Origin: a virus
Taxonomy: Duplodnaviria; Caudoviricetes
Virus record (IMG/VR): IMGVR_UViG_3300049740_001985
Location: 1 to 26,415 of that record
Reading direction: 5' to 3' (one strand)
DNA length: 26,415 nt
Part shown: positions 1 to 8,470 of the stretch, piece by piece
Layout of the letters: each line of letters opens with the position of its first letter
Numbering within the stretch: the first letter of the stretch is position 1
The notes under the pieces: model-generated
Database searches by the model: none
Told to the model about the DNA's origin: nothing
Seen by the model: only the letters and a program-made list of their open reading frames with translations
Position numbers and translations under genes: made by a program

Positions 1-513
1 TTGTTTAAAATTTCCTGTTTGTGCAATAAGTATACCTGTGCTAGTTGTGTTTATCGTTATAGGAACTGGGTAATTAAAATCTGTTCCTCCCGAAAGCCAC
101 CAAGGCTTTGATTTATCACGTTGCGCTACACTATTTAACGTATGTTCTATTACAATTCCTTTTGGTTTAATATTACCTTTAGAATCTATTGTAACAAAAT
201 TTCCAGTCGCAACACTGTTAATAGATCCTAATAAAAGTTCTGCATCTATGGTTTTTTGCCCAAAACTAGGAGTTTCACTTGCTATTGCACTTATAAATGC
301 AGCATTTCCATAAGGTTCACCGTCGGCGCCTGTGTATGCGTTAAACTTTAAAGTACCTAATTGATCTCCTTGCTGTACTAGCTGAGGATTTTCATGAGTA
401 CCTCGAGCTGCGCCAATTTTTATACTAGGTTGATTTTTCTTAAACCCACTAGTAAGTCCTTTTACGAAAAGAGGTGTGTTATTACCATCCGTTTCTATAA
501 TGTGTTCTATCAT
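1..513 (-). CDS. Putative virion structural or tail-fibre-like protein (3' end outside window; not in ORF track)
   Basis: ATG at 513 overlaps the TGA of the upstream gene (ATGA). The frame is open for 171 codons to the window edge: MIEHIIETDGNNTPLFVKG...AARGTHENPQLVQQGDQLGTLKFNAYTG. The RGT-x3-P-x2-V-x2-GD-x-LG-x3-F motif resembles segments of phage tail fibre proteins. Confidence 0.6.
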   Translation of the reverse strand, partial: MIEHIIETDGNNTPLFVKGLTSGFKKNQPSIKIGAARGTHENPQLVQQGDQLGTLKFNAYTGADGEPYGNAAFISAIASETPSFGQKTIDAELLLGSINSVATGNFVTIDSKGNIKPKGIVIEHTLNSVAQRDKSKPWWLSGGTDFNYPVPITINTTSTGILIAQTGNFKQ

Positions 514-1166
514 AATTCTCCCCAGACTATTATCATTCCAAAACCATTTAATGCAGAAGGTTGATATTCAACATTTAAATCTAAGCTTAATTTATATAAT
601 TGTCCTTGTACTTCTTCTTTAGTAAATGCAGCATGTAAACTATTATAAAAGTCATTTTGAAAATATTCTGATTCGTTACTACTATAATGTTCTACAACTT
701 CACTCGGGTTTATTTCAGGTCTTGCTAAATCAATTACTAATACATTTGTGCCTTTTGTAGAATGATGTTTTAAGGTAATCCAAAAATCCTTAGGATCATG
801 GAAATGATGTAAACTATTTACACATACTATAAGATCATATTTTTTATCAGTAATAAAAGGTAAATGTAAATTGTATAATTGAATACAGTGACCTAAGTCA
901 CTTTTTTCTATATTTGTTTTTGCAATATCTAGCATAGGAGCCGAACCATCAATTGCATCAATTTGACAGTATAACATTTCTGCTAAGTCTATTGTGTACT
1001 GAGCAGGTCCGCAGCACAAATCCAAAACGTTATTAAATATTTTAGGACTAAAGTATTCGTCTAATAACTTTAAAAATAATTTCCGTGTAGGAGTTTTATC
1101 TGCTTCTGCAAATGCTTTTACATTATAATCTTTAAGCATTAATTGGGGTTCTAAACGCCGCTGCAT
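510..1166 (-). CDS. Class I SAM-dependent methyltransferase
   Basis: Motif I VLDLCCGPAQ, post-I AIDGSAPML, YDLIVCVNSLHHF, and C-terminal DFYNSLHAAFTKEEV. Confidence 0.9.
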   Translation of the reverse strand: MQRRLEPQLMLKDYNVKAFAEADKTPTRKLFLKLLDEYFSPKIFNNVLDLCCGPAQYTIDLAEMLYCQIDAIDGSAPMLDIAKTNIEKSDLGHCIQLYNLHLPFITDKKYDLIVCVNSLHHFHDPKDFWITLKHHSTKGTNVLVIDLARPEINPSEVVEHYSSNESEYFQNDFYNSLHAAFTKEEVQGQLYKLSLDLNVEYQPSALNGFGMIIVWGEL

Positions 1167-1768
1167 ATATTTGCGCCAATCATTATTCGTTGCTCAGTTG
1201 ATTTATTAGGAAGTGTTTTATGATTTAGCCATCCTGGAAATAATACAATATCACCCGTTTCTGCATTTATTTCGTTTTCAAAAAGCGTGTGATATGTTTC
1301 TTTATCGATACTATAAGGTTGATGTTTAAGTAACGTAGATAACGGATTTTCAAATACAAGATTACTGTTGTTTAATTGTTTTTTTATATAAAAACTACAA
1401 GTTGTAACCATAGGAGAGTGATTATGTAAATCTATATGGCTATCTATATTGTAAACGTTAAACCACATTTCTTTTATAATAGGAATATATTTTGAATCAA
1501 ATCCGCAATTTTTCCAATATTCTTTACAACTATCTGTAATAAATTCTACTACATCAGAAAATCTTGGATCGTATTGTAAATCTCTTTTATGAACATAAGA
1601 ACATATACCATCGCCTCTCATTGATCCTTGATTGTTTTCCAATACCTGATCAAAATTTACTACTTCGGATAGCACATTTTCTATATCTTTTATATTTTTA
1701 TTGTATTTTGCTTTATATATCTTAGTTGCAAAAATATCAATGTCGATTGACTCGGGCTGTAGGTTCAT
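1151..1768 (-). CDS. 2OG-Fe(II) oxygenase (TIGR02466 / 2OG-FeII_Oxy_5-like)
   Basis: WFNVY...HIDLHNH...SFYIK...LVFENP...GDIVLFPGWLNH...RIMIGAN pattern, typical of this phage-enriched family. Confidence 0.85.
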   Translation of the reverse strand: MNLQPESIDIDIFATKIYKAKYNKNIKDIENVLSEVVNFDQVLENNQGSMRGDGICSYVHKRDLQYDPRFSDVVEFITDSCKEYWKNCGFDSKYIPIIKEMWFNVYNIDSHIDLHNHSPMVTTCSFYIKKQLNNSNLVFENPLSTLLKHQPYSIDKETYHTLFENEINAETGDIVLFPGWLNHKTLPNKSTEQRIMIGANICSGV

Positions 1769-1784
1769 ATAAATATTTATATGA
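1765..1784. promoter_or_regulatory. Perfect 20-bp palindrome; candidate bidirectional T4-type late promoter
   Basis: TCATATAAATATTTATATGA is its own reverse complement. It has TATAAATA on + (1768-1775) and on - (1781-1774), each followed by ATG after 5 nt. It lies between divergent units. Confidence 0.75.
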
Positions 1785-1822
1785 CGGAAATATCTCCCTA
1801 TGTTAGGATTGGCATTCTATGA
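1781..1822 (+). CDS. Putative 13-aa leader or precursor peptide MTEISPYVRIGIL
   Basis: ATG lies 5 nt after TATAAATA. The stop TGA (1820-1822) overlaps the radical SAM start ATG (1819-1821) as ATGA. Confidence 0.4.
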   Translation: MTEISPYVRIGIL

Positions 1823-3255
1823 GCCACGGTCTATTATTCAGTATTACAAGTTTACCAACAGTTAGGAGAATGTTAGGTCCCCATCGTGTTGCTTCTTTCT
1901 TGCGAGAGCAAGAATGGGACATTGAAGTTTTAGACTTTGTAGAGCAATTTAGTATTGAAGAAATAAAAGAATATTGTGCTTCGCGAATAACCTCGTTAAC
2001 AAAATTTTGCGGGTTTAGTGCGTTTTTTGGTGTGTGGGCAGAAACTTATGAGTCTATCACTAAATGGATTAAAAAAACATATCCTAATGTAACAATAATT
2101 TGGGGCAGTCATTCTTATCCGTGGTTTGACTCTGAAAGTATTGATTACTATATTGTAGGATACGGAGAAAATGCAATAGTAAAACTTTTATCAAATAGCG
2201 AATTGAAATTTGATGAAAGATTTAAAGATAAAAAAATTATTTCTGCATTAGATGTTTACACATCATACCCAATGAAGTCTCTTAATGTTATATATCAAGA
2301 TAGAGATTTTATAGAATCTTGGGAGTGGTTAAGTATAGAACTTTCTCGTGGGTGTAAATTTAAGTGTAAATTTTGTAATTTTCCTATATTAGGAGTTAGA
2401 AGCGATTATAGTAGAGATGCTGATGACTTTGGTGTGCAACTAAAGGATGCTTACGAAAGATTCGGTGTGACTAATTATTATGTTGCTGACGAAACTTTTA
2501 ATGATAGCACAGATAAGTTAGAAAAATTTGCAAGTGTTGCCGATACACTAAAATTTAAACCTAGAATGCACGGATTTATAAGAGCTGATTTATTAGTAGC
2601 ACAAAGGCAACAGTGGGAACCTTTAGACAGGTTAGGATTTTACGGTCATTACTACGGAGTTGAAACATTTAATCAAAAATCTGGTAGTAGTATAGGCAAA
2701 GGAATGCATCCTGATAAATTAAAAAACGGTTTGCTAGAAGCACAAGAATGGTTTAAATCAAATGACACGTATCGTGGAGTAATAAGTTTAATATGCGGAC
2801 TGCCGCACGAAAGCATAGACTCATTTAATGCAGGAATAGATTGGTGCTACGATAACTGGAAGGGAGAAAATACAACTATATTTTCTTTGGATATTCCTAC
2901 TGACGATAAGGATGTAAAATTGTCATACATATCTCTTAATTACGAAAAATTAGGCTATAGAGAAGCAAAAATACCTTATCATAAAAATATAGAACAAAAT
3001 TTTGGTTACGGACGATCTTTACTAAATTGGGAAAACGATTATATGAATTTAGAAACTGCTGACGAAATTGTTAACACAGCGAATAAGAGAATTTCAGCAG
3101 TGAATGGTATAAATATGTGGCAGTTCGGAGATTACGGATTAATTACAAATGATCTAGATAAAATAGCAACATTAAATAAAAGTTCTAACCCTAGTCCAAA
3201 TAGAGAATTAGAACTATTTTACGAGAGATATAAACGGAATAAAATAAATTTATGA
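1819..3255 (+). CDS. Cobalamin-binding-domain-like radical SAM enzyme, paralog 1
   Basis: ELSRGCKFKCKFC (CX3CX2C), VADETFN, YGVETFN and ICGLPHES. The N-terminal domain of about 150 aa has LGPHRVASFLR...WDIEVLD...GYGE. Confidence 0.88.
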   Translation: MSHGLLFSITSLPTVRRMLGPHRVASFLREQEWDIEVLDFVEQFSIEEIKEYCASRITSLTKFCGFSAFFGVWAETYESITKWIKKTYPNVTIIWGSHSYPWFDSESIDYYIVGYGENAIVKLLSNSELKFDERFKDKKIISALDVYTSYPMKSLNVIYQDRDFIESWEWLSIELSRGCKFKCKFCNFPILGVRSDYSRDADDFGVQLKDAYERFGVTNYYVADETFNDSTDKLEKFASVADTLKFKPRMHGFIRADLLVAQRQQWEPLDRLGFYGHYYGVETFNQKSGSSIGKGMHPDKLKNGLLEAQEWFKSNDTYRGVISLICGLPHESIDSFNAGIDWCYDNWKGENTTIFSLDIPTDDKDVKLSYISLNYEKLGYREAKIPYHKNIEQNFGYGRSLLNWENDYMNLETADEIVNTANKRISAVNGINMWQFGDYGLITNDLDKIATLNKSSNPSPNRELELFYERYKRNKINL

Positions 3256-4733
3256 ATAAATGTATAATTTTTAGCGTTCATAAAGCTGGGACTCATCGTC
3301 CTTTAGGCCCTCATAGAATATCTACATTCCTAAGACAAGAAGGATGGGACGCAGAAGTTGTAGATTACTCTTACTATTTTACGTTAGACGAACTAAAAAG
3401 TTTAGTTGAAAATAGAATGGACGAGAACATAAAGTTTTTTGGGTTCGGAGCATGGTTCGGTACGTGGCCAGACGAAATGGTAACATTTACAGTATGGCTT
3501 AAAGAGACTTATCCACATATTCCTTTAGTATATGGTAGTATGACTTCTCCTCACACAAGAGAATCACCGATTGACTATTATAGTGTAGGATACGGCGAAG
3601 AATCTATATTAGAAATTGTAAAGGACATTTTAGGAAAACCATGTAATTTAAAATTTTCTCCTAGATGGAAAGGCAAAGAAGTTATTGACGCCAATGAAGA
3701 CTACCCTGCATGGCCTAGAAAAACATATGCAGCATACTACGAAGATAGAGACTTTTTAGAGGAATGGGAATGGCTTACTATAGAATTGTCAAGAGGTTGT
3801 AAATTTAAATGTCAATTCTGTAATTTTCCTATTTTAGGTATTAAAGAAGATCATAGCATAAGTGCAGAAAATTTTAGAAAACAAATCGAAGATGCTTATA
3901 ATAGATTTGGTATTACAAATTATTATATTGCCGACGAAACGATAAATCAAGATAAAGAAATGATGCGAAAGTTTGCAAATGTTGCAAACACCTGGGATTT
4001 CAAATTACAAGCACACGGATTTATGAGAGCTGATTTAATGATTGCACAACCCGACACTTGGCAAATGATGATTGATACTGGAATTACTGGTCATCATTAT
4101 GGAATAGAAACTTTTAACCGAAAGTCGGGTGCATCTATAGGTAAAGGAATGAAAACTGAAAAGTTACAAGAAGGCTTAATAAAAATTAAAGATTATTTTA
4201 GGGCTAACAGTATTTATAGAGGTCATATTAGTATGATTATCGGACTGCCATATGAATCTAAAGAAACTTTTTGGAAAGGTGTAGACTGGTTAAAAGAAAA
4301 TTGGGCAGGTGAATTTTCTGCATTTAACAGACTGGAAATTCCGTTACCTACTGGTGATGCAAAGCCAAGTTTATTTACACGAAGTTGGAAGGATATGGGT
4401 TACCGAGATAGAAAGACAAAGTTACAAAGCGGATCTGAACAAAAGAAGTTACTGACTATGGGCGGTGGTATGTTTACTGAAGACTTGTTAGATTGGGAAA
4501 ATGATTATATGGATATAGAATGGGCTATATGGGCAATGGGAGAATCATACAACGTTTTAGCGCCCACAAACGGTGTAGGTTCTTGGCATTTTAGTGATTA
4601 TAGTTTACTTTTCAAAAATGATAATAAAGCTATATCTAAAATAATAAAAGCAGATGTGCACCATGATCAAAACGGTGTTATTGATGCATTTTACGAAAGA
4701 TATAAACAGAAAAAAATAGCCTGGGGAACATAA
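3252..4733 (+). CDS. Cobalamin-binding-domain-like radical SAM enzyme, paralog 2
   Basis: ELSRGCKFKCQFC, IADETIN, YGIETFN and IIGLPYES. ATGA-type overlap with paralog 1. Confidence 0.88.
   Translation: MNKCIIFSVHKAGTHRPLGPHRISTFLRQEGWDAEVVDYSYYFTLDELKSLVENRMDENIKFFGFGAWFGTWPDEMVTFTVWLKETYPHIPLVYGSMTSPHTRESPIDYYSVGYGEESILEIVKDILGKPCNLKFSPRWKGKEVIDANEDYPAWPRKTYAAYYEDRDFLEEWEWLTIELSRGCKFKCQFCNFPILGIKEDHSISAENFRKQIEDAYNRFGITNYYIADETINQDKEMMRKFANVANTWDFKLQAHGFMRADLMIAQPDTWQMMIDTGITGHHYGIETFNRKSGASIGKGMKTEKLQEGLIKIKDYFRANSIYRGHISMIIGLPYESKETFWKGVDWLKENWAGEFSAFNRLEIPLPTGDAKPSLFTRSWKDMGYRDRKTKLQSGSEQKKLLTMGGGMFTEDLLDWENDYMDIEWAIWAMGESYNVLAPTNGVGSWHFSDYSLLFKNDNKAISKIIKADVHHDQNGVIDAFYERYKQKKIAWGT
4488..4514 (+). 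repeat. 27-nt exact direct repeat (second copy at 5954-5980) shared by radical SAM paralogs 2 and 3
   Basis: TTAGATTGGGAAAATGATTATATGGAT occurs at both positions and encodes LDWENDYMD. Confidence 0.8.
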
Positions 4734-6187
4734 TGGATCATGCACTAATATTTGGTGTACACGACATGATGCCTCATCGATTTTTAGGGCCGCATCGTAT
4801 TGCACATTACCTTAGGAATAATGGGTGGGATATAGAGGTTATAGACTTTGCTAGTTTTTGGACTCTAGAACAACTAAAAAATCTTATTAAATCAAGAATA
4901 CACAAAAAAACAAAGTTTATAGGATTTGGATGTTGGTTTGGTAACTGGCCAGATCATATAGACATGTTATCACACTGGATTAAAGACTTTTATCCTAAAA
5001 TAAAAATTATCTACGGCAGTCATACATATCCTAAATTTAATAATGAGTCAATAGATTATTATACCGTAGGTTATGCAGAAAAAGCAATAATACAATTAGC
5101 TAATTACTTTCAGAATAACGGAACTATCAAGTTTGATACAAGATGGGAAAATAAAAAAATTATTCTTGCTAATGACACTTACCCTGCATTTCCAATGAAC
5201 GAACTAGGCGTTATATACGAACATAGAGATCTTATAGAACCTTGGGAATGGCTTACAATAGAATTTACAAGAGGTTGTAAATTTGCCTGCAAATTTTGCA
5301 ATTATCCTATATTGGGTGTAAAAGACGATCATTCAACTGCTGCTTCTGATTTTGAATATACTGTTAAAGATGCTTATGATAAATTTGGAGTAACAAATTA
5401 TTATACAGCAGACGAAACTTTAAATCAAGATAAATCGATGATAGAAAAATATGCAAACGTAGCTGATACACTAAATTTTAAATTAAGAATGCACGGATTT
5501 ATGCGAGCAGATTTATTAATTGCTAATAAAGATACATGGGATCCATTGTCTCGATTAGGTGTATTTGGGCATATGTATGGCATAGAAACATTTAATAAAA
5601 AAACTGGTTCGAGTGTAGGGAAGGGGATGGATCCATCAAAAGTAAAAGACGGCTTACTTGAAATACGAGAATGGTTTGATGCAATAGAACCATATCGAGG
5701 CAATATTAATATGGTGTGCGGACTGCCTTTTGAAACTAAAGAAACTTGGGAAAGTGGCATTGAATGGCTTATGAAGAATTGGACATCTAAAGGAGATATA
5801 AGTGCTACTTATGCATTAGAAATACCATTAAGTAGCATGGATTCAAAATTAAGTTTTATAAGTAATAACTGGAAAGCATTAGGGTACAGAAAAAGAAACA
5901 CACCTTCTGAATCTTTACATGCTGTAAGTTCTTTAAAGTATGCTGACGAATTATTAGATTGGGAAAATGATTATATGGATCTTGACTGGGCAGTAAAAAG
6001 TTGTAATACAATATATAAACAGTATAAAGTTGAAATGGGCGTTAGTGTTTGGCACTGGGGAGATCACGGATTAATGAATTTAAGTTTTAAAGAGCTTCAA
6101 AAAAAACAAAAACATTATAATCAATGGCCCAACAAAGAACTAGAAGATTTTTTACAACGCTATATTAAAAAGAAAATAGAATTATGA
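4733..6187 (+). CDS. Cobalamin-binding-domain-like radical SAM enzyme, paralog 3
   Basis: EFTRGCKFACKFC, TADETLN, YGIETFN and VCGLPFET. TAATG overlap with paralog 2. Confidence 0.88.
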   Translation: MDHALIFGVHDMMPHRFLGPHRIAHYLRNNGWDIEVIDFASFWTLEQLKNLIKSRIHKKTKFIGFGCWFGNWPDHIDMLSHWIKDFYPKIKIIYGSHTYPKFNNESIDYYTVGYAEKAIIQLANYFQNNGTIKFDTRWENKKIILANDTYPAFPMNELGVIYEHRDLIEPWEWLTIEFTRGCKFACKFCNYPILGVKDDHSTAASDFEYTVKDAYDKFGVTNYYTADETLNQDKSMIEKYANVADTLNFKLRMHGFMRADLLIANKDTWDPLSRLGVFGHMYGIETFNKKTGSSVGKGMDPSKVKDGLLEIREWFDAIEPYRGNINMVCGLPFETKETWESGIEWLMKNWTSKGDISATYALEIPLSSMDSKLSFISNNWKALGYRKRNTPSESLHAVSSLKYADELLDWENDYMDLDWAVKSCNTIYKQYKVEMGVSVWHWGDHGLMNLSFKELQKKQKHYNQWPNKELEDFLQRYIKKKIEL

Positions 6188-7254
6188 GTATATATACAAA
6201 CTGGGATCCTTTAGAATTATGTATTGTTGGAAATTGTCTAACCGAAGTACCTGACACTTGGGTTATTGATAATAAAGCAAAACCATTATTAGAAAAAATA
6301 TTAAAAGAAACAAAAGAAGATTTAGATAATTTAGCAAAACTAATTTCATCATTTAACACAAAAGTTTTAAGACCATCACCTAAAATATTTCCACAAAGGT
6401 CCAATTTACATAATTTTAATATTTTAAACGCAACTAATCCTATTGTTCCGAGAGATCAATATTTTGCTTACGATAAAACTATATATCAGACATACACCAG
6501 CTTACCAGATAGGTATTTCGATGGATTTAATTATTATAGCCTATTTAAAGATTTGTTTAACGAAGGACATAATTGGCTAAGCTTGCCGCCGCCAATTTTA
6601 AATAATTTAAATAATAACGAAAAATGGTATTTAGACGGGCAGGACATTTATCACAATCGGTTAAATCAAAGATTATTATGGCATACTGCTACAATGTTTA
6701 AAGCAGGCAAAAATATTATTGTAAATAATCAAGGCCCGGGTACTCAGTTAGGTTTAGAATGGATGAAGCGTAATGTTGATGCCGAATTTATATATAATGA
6801 AAATACATATGTCGATAGTTGGGGGCATATAGATCACGGATTTTATATGCCTAACGACAACACTGTAATATGCATGGACGAACATTGGGTTCCGCAAAGT
6901 CTGCGAAACAAAGAATTAATATTATTAGATGGATTATTTGAAAGATTTGATTATCAAAATTTTATAAAAGAAACCAACAATAAAGTAGATCCGTTTTCTT
7001 ATAATTGGCTAGAAGATTGGTTTGATCAATGGACAGGTTATTGTCAAGAAGTAGCATTTGAAGCAAATGTTTTAGTAATAGATCCAAATAATATTATATT
7101 TGCAACCGAACAGCCAGAAGTATTTGCTAAATTAGGAGAATATAATATTAACTGTCACGTAAGTAAACTACGTCACGGAATGTTTTGGGCAGGCGGAATA
7201 CATTGTATGACATTGGATATTAAACGTAGTGGCCTAAAGCGTTGCGTAATCTAG
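6184..7254 (+). CDS. Amidinotransferase family protein (glycine or inosamine-phosphate amidinotransferase-like)
   Basis: YTNWDPLELCIVG, PRDQ, GHIDHGF, EANVLVID and GGIHCMTLDIKR (catalytic Cys motif). Confidence 0.88.
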   Translation: MSIYTNWDPLELCIVGNCLTEVPDTWVIDNKAKPLLEKILKETKEDLDNLAKLISSFNTKVLRPSPKIFPQRSNLHNFNILNATNPIVPRDQYFAYDKTIYQTYTSLPDRYFDGFNYYSLFKDLFNEGHNWLSLPPPILNNLNNNEKWYLDGQDIYHNRLNQRLLWHTATMFKAGKNIIVNNQGPGTQLGLEWMKRNVDAEFIYNENTYVDSWGHIDHGFYMPNDNTVICMDEHWVPQSLRNKELILLDGLFERFDYQNFIKETNNKVDPFSYNWLEDWFDQWTGYCQEVAFEANVLVIDPNNIIFATEQPEVFAKLGEYNINCHVSKLRHGMFWAGGIHCMTLDIKRSGLKRCVI

Positions 7255-8431
7255 TATCTAATTGATTAAAATATTCATCATCTGCAGTTAGTGGAATTAC
7301 AACACGTAAACCTTTCCATTCGTAGTTCTGTATCCCTACATTTAAACCGTTTTCAAAAAACTTTTTTTGTGCTGACGATACATTACTTACAGGGAAAAAT
7401 TTTAAGTTATAGTATAATCCATACGAGGTATAACTTTGAACAATGCTGTCTTCTACTAGTTGACTAAACATAAGATTACTTTTTGATTTTAAATACTCAT
7501 AGTTTTCGAATATATTTTCTTTTTCGATAATATCTAAATATTTTAATGTGCTGTATATACCAGTTAAACTAAAACTATATGTAAACCCGTGACTCCAAAA
7601 ATCATCCTTTACTGTATTAAAAATTTCTTTAGTCATTAAACACGAACTAAGAGGAAAGTAACCTCCGCTTAAACTTTTCCCCATTACGAATATATCAGGA
7701 TCTACATTAAATCCTTTTAATTTTCCTAATTTTCCGGCACACATAGCAATATCATCGATAATTAACAAAATATCTTTTGCCTTACATAATAATTTAAGAG
7801 ATTTCCAAAAATTATCACTGTATGGTGTTACACCTCCGAGCCAGCTACAACTTTCCATAACAACACAACTTATGTCATCTGCGCTCAGTGCATTTTGTAA
7901 ATTATTAAGCAAAATATTTTCATTATCGTCTCTATATACACTTTCACAAAATTCGTTGCGTCCTAGAGTACGAGTCATAAAACTACCGCCACTTATACTA
8001 GAACTGAGATAAGTGCTACCATGATAGCTTTCTGTTACTCCGATAATCTTATTTTTTTGCATATTCCCGTTACACTGATGATATAATGCTGCTAACTTCA
8101 CTGCGCCTTCAACTGCATCACTCCCTGACAAACTATAAAAACTATAATATCCGCCTGTCATATCGTATAACTTTTGTGAAAGTTCTAACACTGCATCAGT
8201 TGTGCTTAGATATTCTCCACTTACAAACGGTATTTCTTTTGAACGGTTGGATACATAATCAATAATATCAGTTCTATCAAATCCTAACATAAAACTACCA
8301 CAACTACCAAGACTTGTATCTAAGAAGTCTTTTCCATCTTTAATATAACCAAACTTTGTATAGCTTGAAACAATATTATAGTCAGAATTATTGTTATTTT
8401 CTGTAAAGGGAAAAAATATTTTTGGGGTCAT
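7220..8431 (-). CDS. PLP-dependent class III aminotransferase (BioA/omega-transaminase-like)
   Basis: SGSDAVEGAVKLA, SYHGST, LLIIDDI, PDIFVMGKSLSGGYFPLS (PLP Lys) and HGFTYS. ATG 8431 is preferred over GTG 8458 because GGAG lies just upstream. Confidence 0.9.
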   Translation of the reverse strand: MTPKIFFPFTENNNNSDYNIVSSYTKFGYIKDGKDFLDTSLGSCGSFMLGFDRTDIIDYVSNRSKEIPFVSGEYLSTTDAVLELSQKLYDMTGGYYSFYSLSGSDAVEGAVKLAALYHQCNGNMQKNKIIGVTESYHGSTYLSSSISGGSFMTRTLGRNEFCESVYRDDNENILLNNLQNALSADDISCVVMESCSWLGGVTPYSDNFWKSLKLLCKAKDILLIIDDIAMCAGKLGKLKGFNVDPDIFVMGKSLSGGYFPLSSCLMTKEIFNTVKDDFWSHGFTYSFSLTGIYSTLKYLDIIEKENIFENYEYLKSKSNLMFSQLVEDSIVQSYTSYGLYYNLKFFPVSNVSSAQKKFFENGLNVGIQNYEWKGLRVVIPLTADDEYFNQLDTRLRNALGHYV

Positions 8432-8447
8432 ATATAATATCTCCAAT

Positions 8448-8465
8448 GTATTTAACACTAAATAC
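8448..8465. promoter_or_regulatory. Back-to-back TAAATA boxes (inverted repeat); candidate divergent late promoter
   Basis: GTATTTA-acac-TAAATAC lies in the 39-nt gap between divergent starts at 8431 (-) and 8471 (+). Confidence 0.6.
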
Positions 8466-8470
8466 TGTTG

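Noticed and set aside
1781-1822. Frameshifted N-terminal extension of radical SAM paralog 1
   Set aside because: All three paralogs align from their annotated Met.
7220-8431. bioA / biotin synthesis call
   Set aside because: Only family-level similarity, and no other bio genes are in the window.
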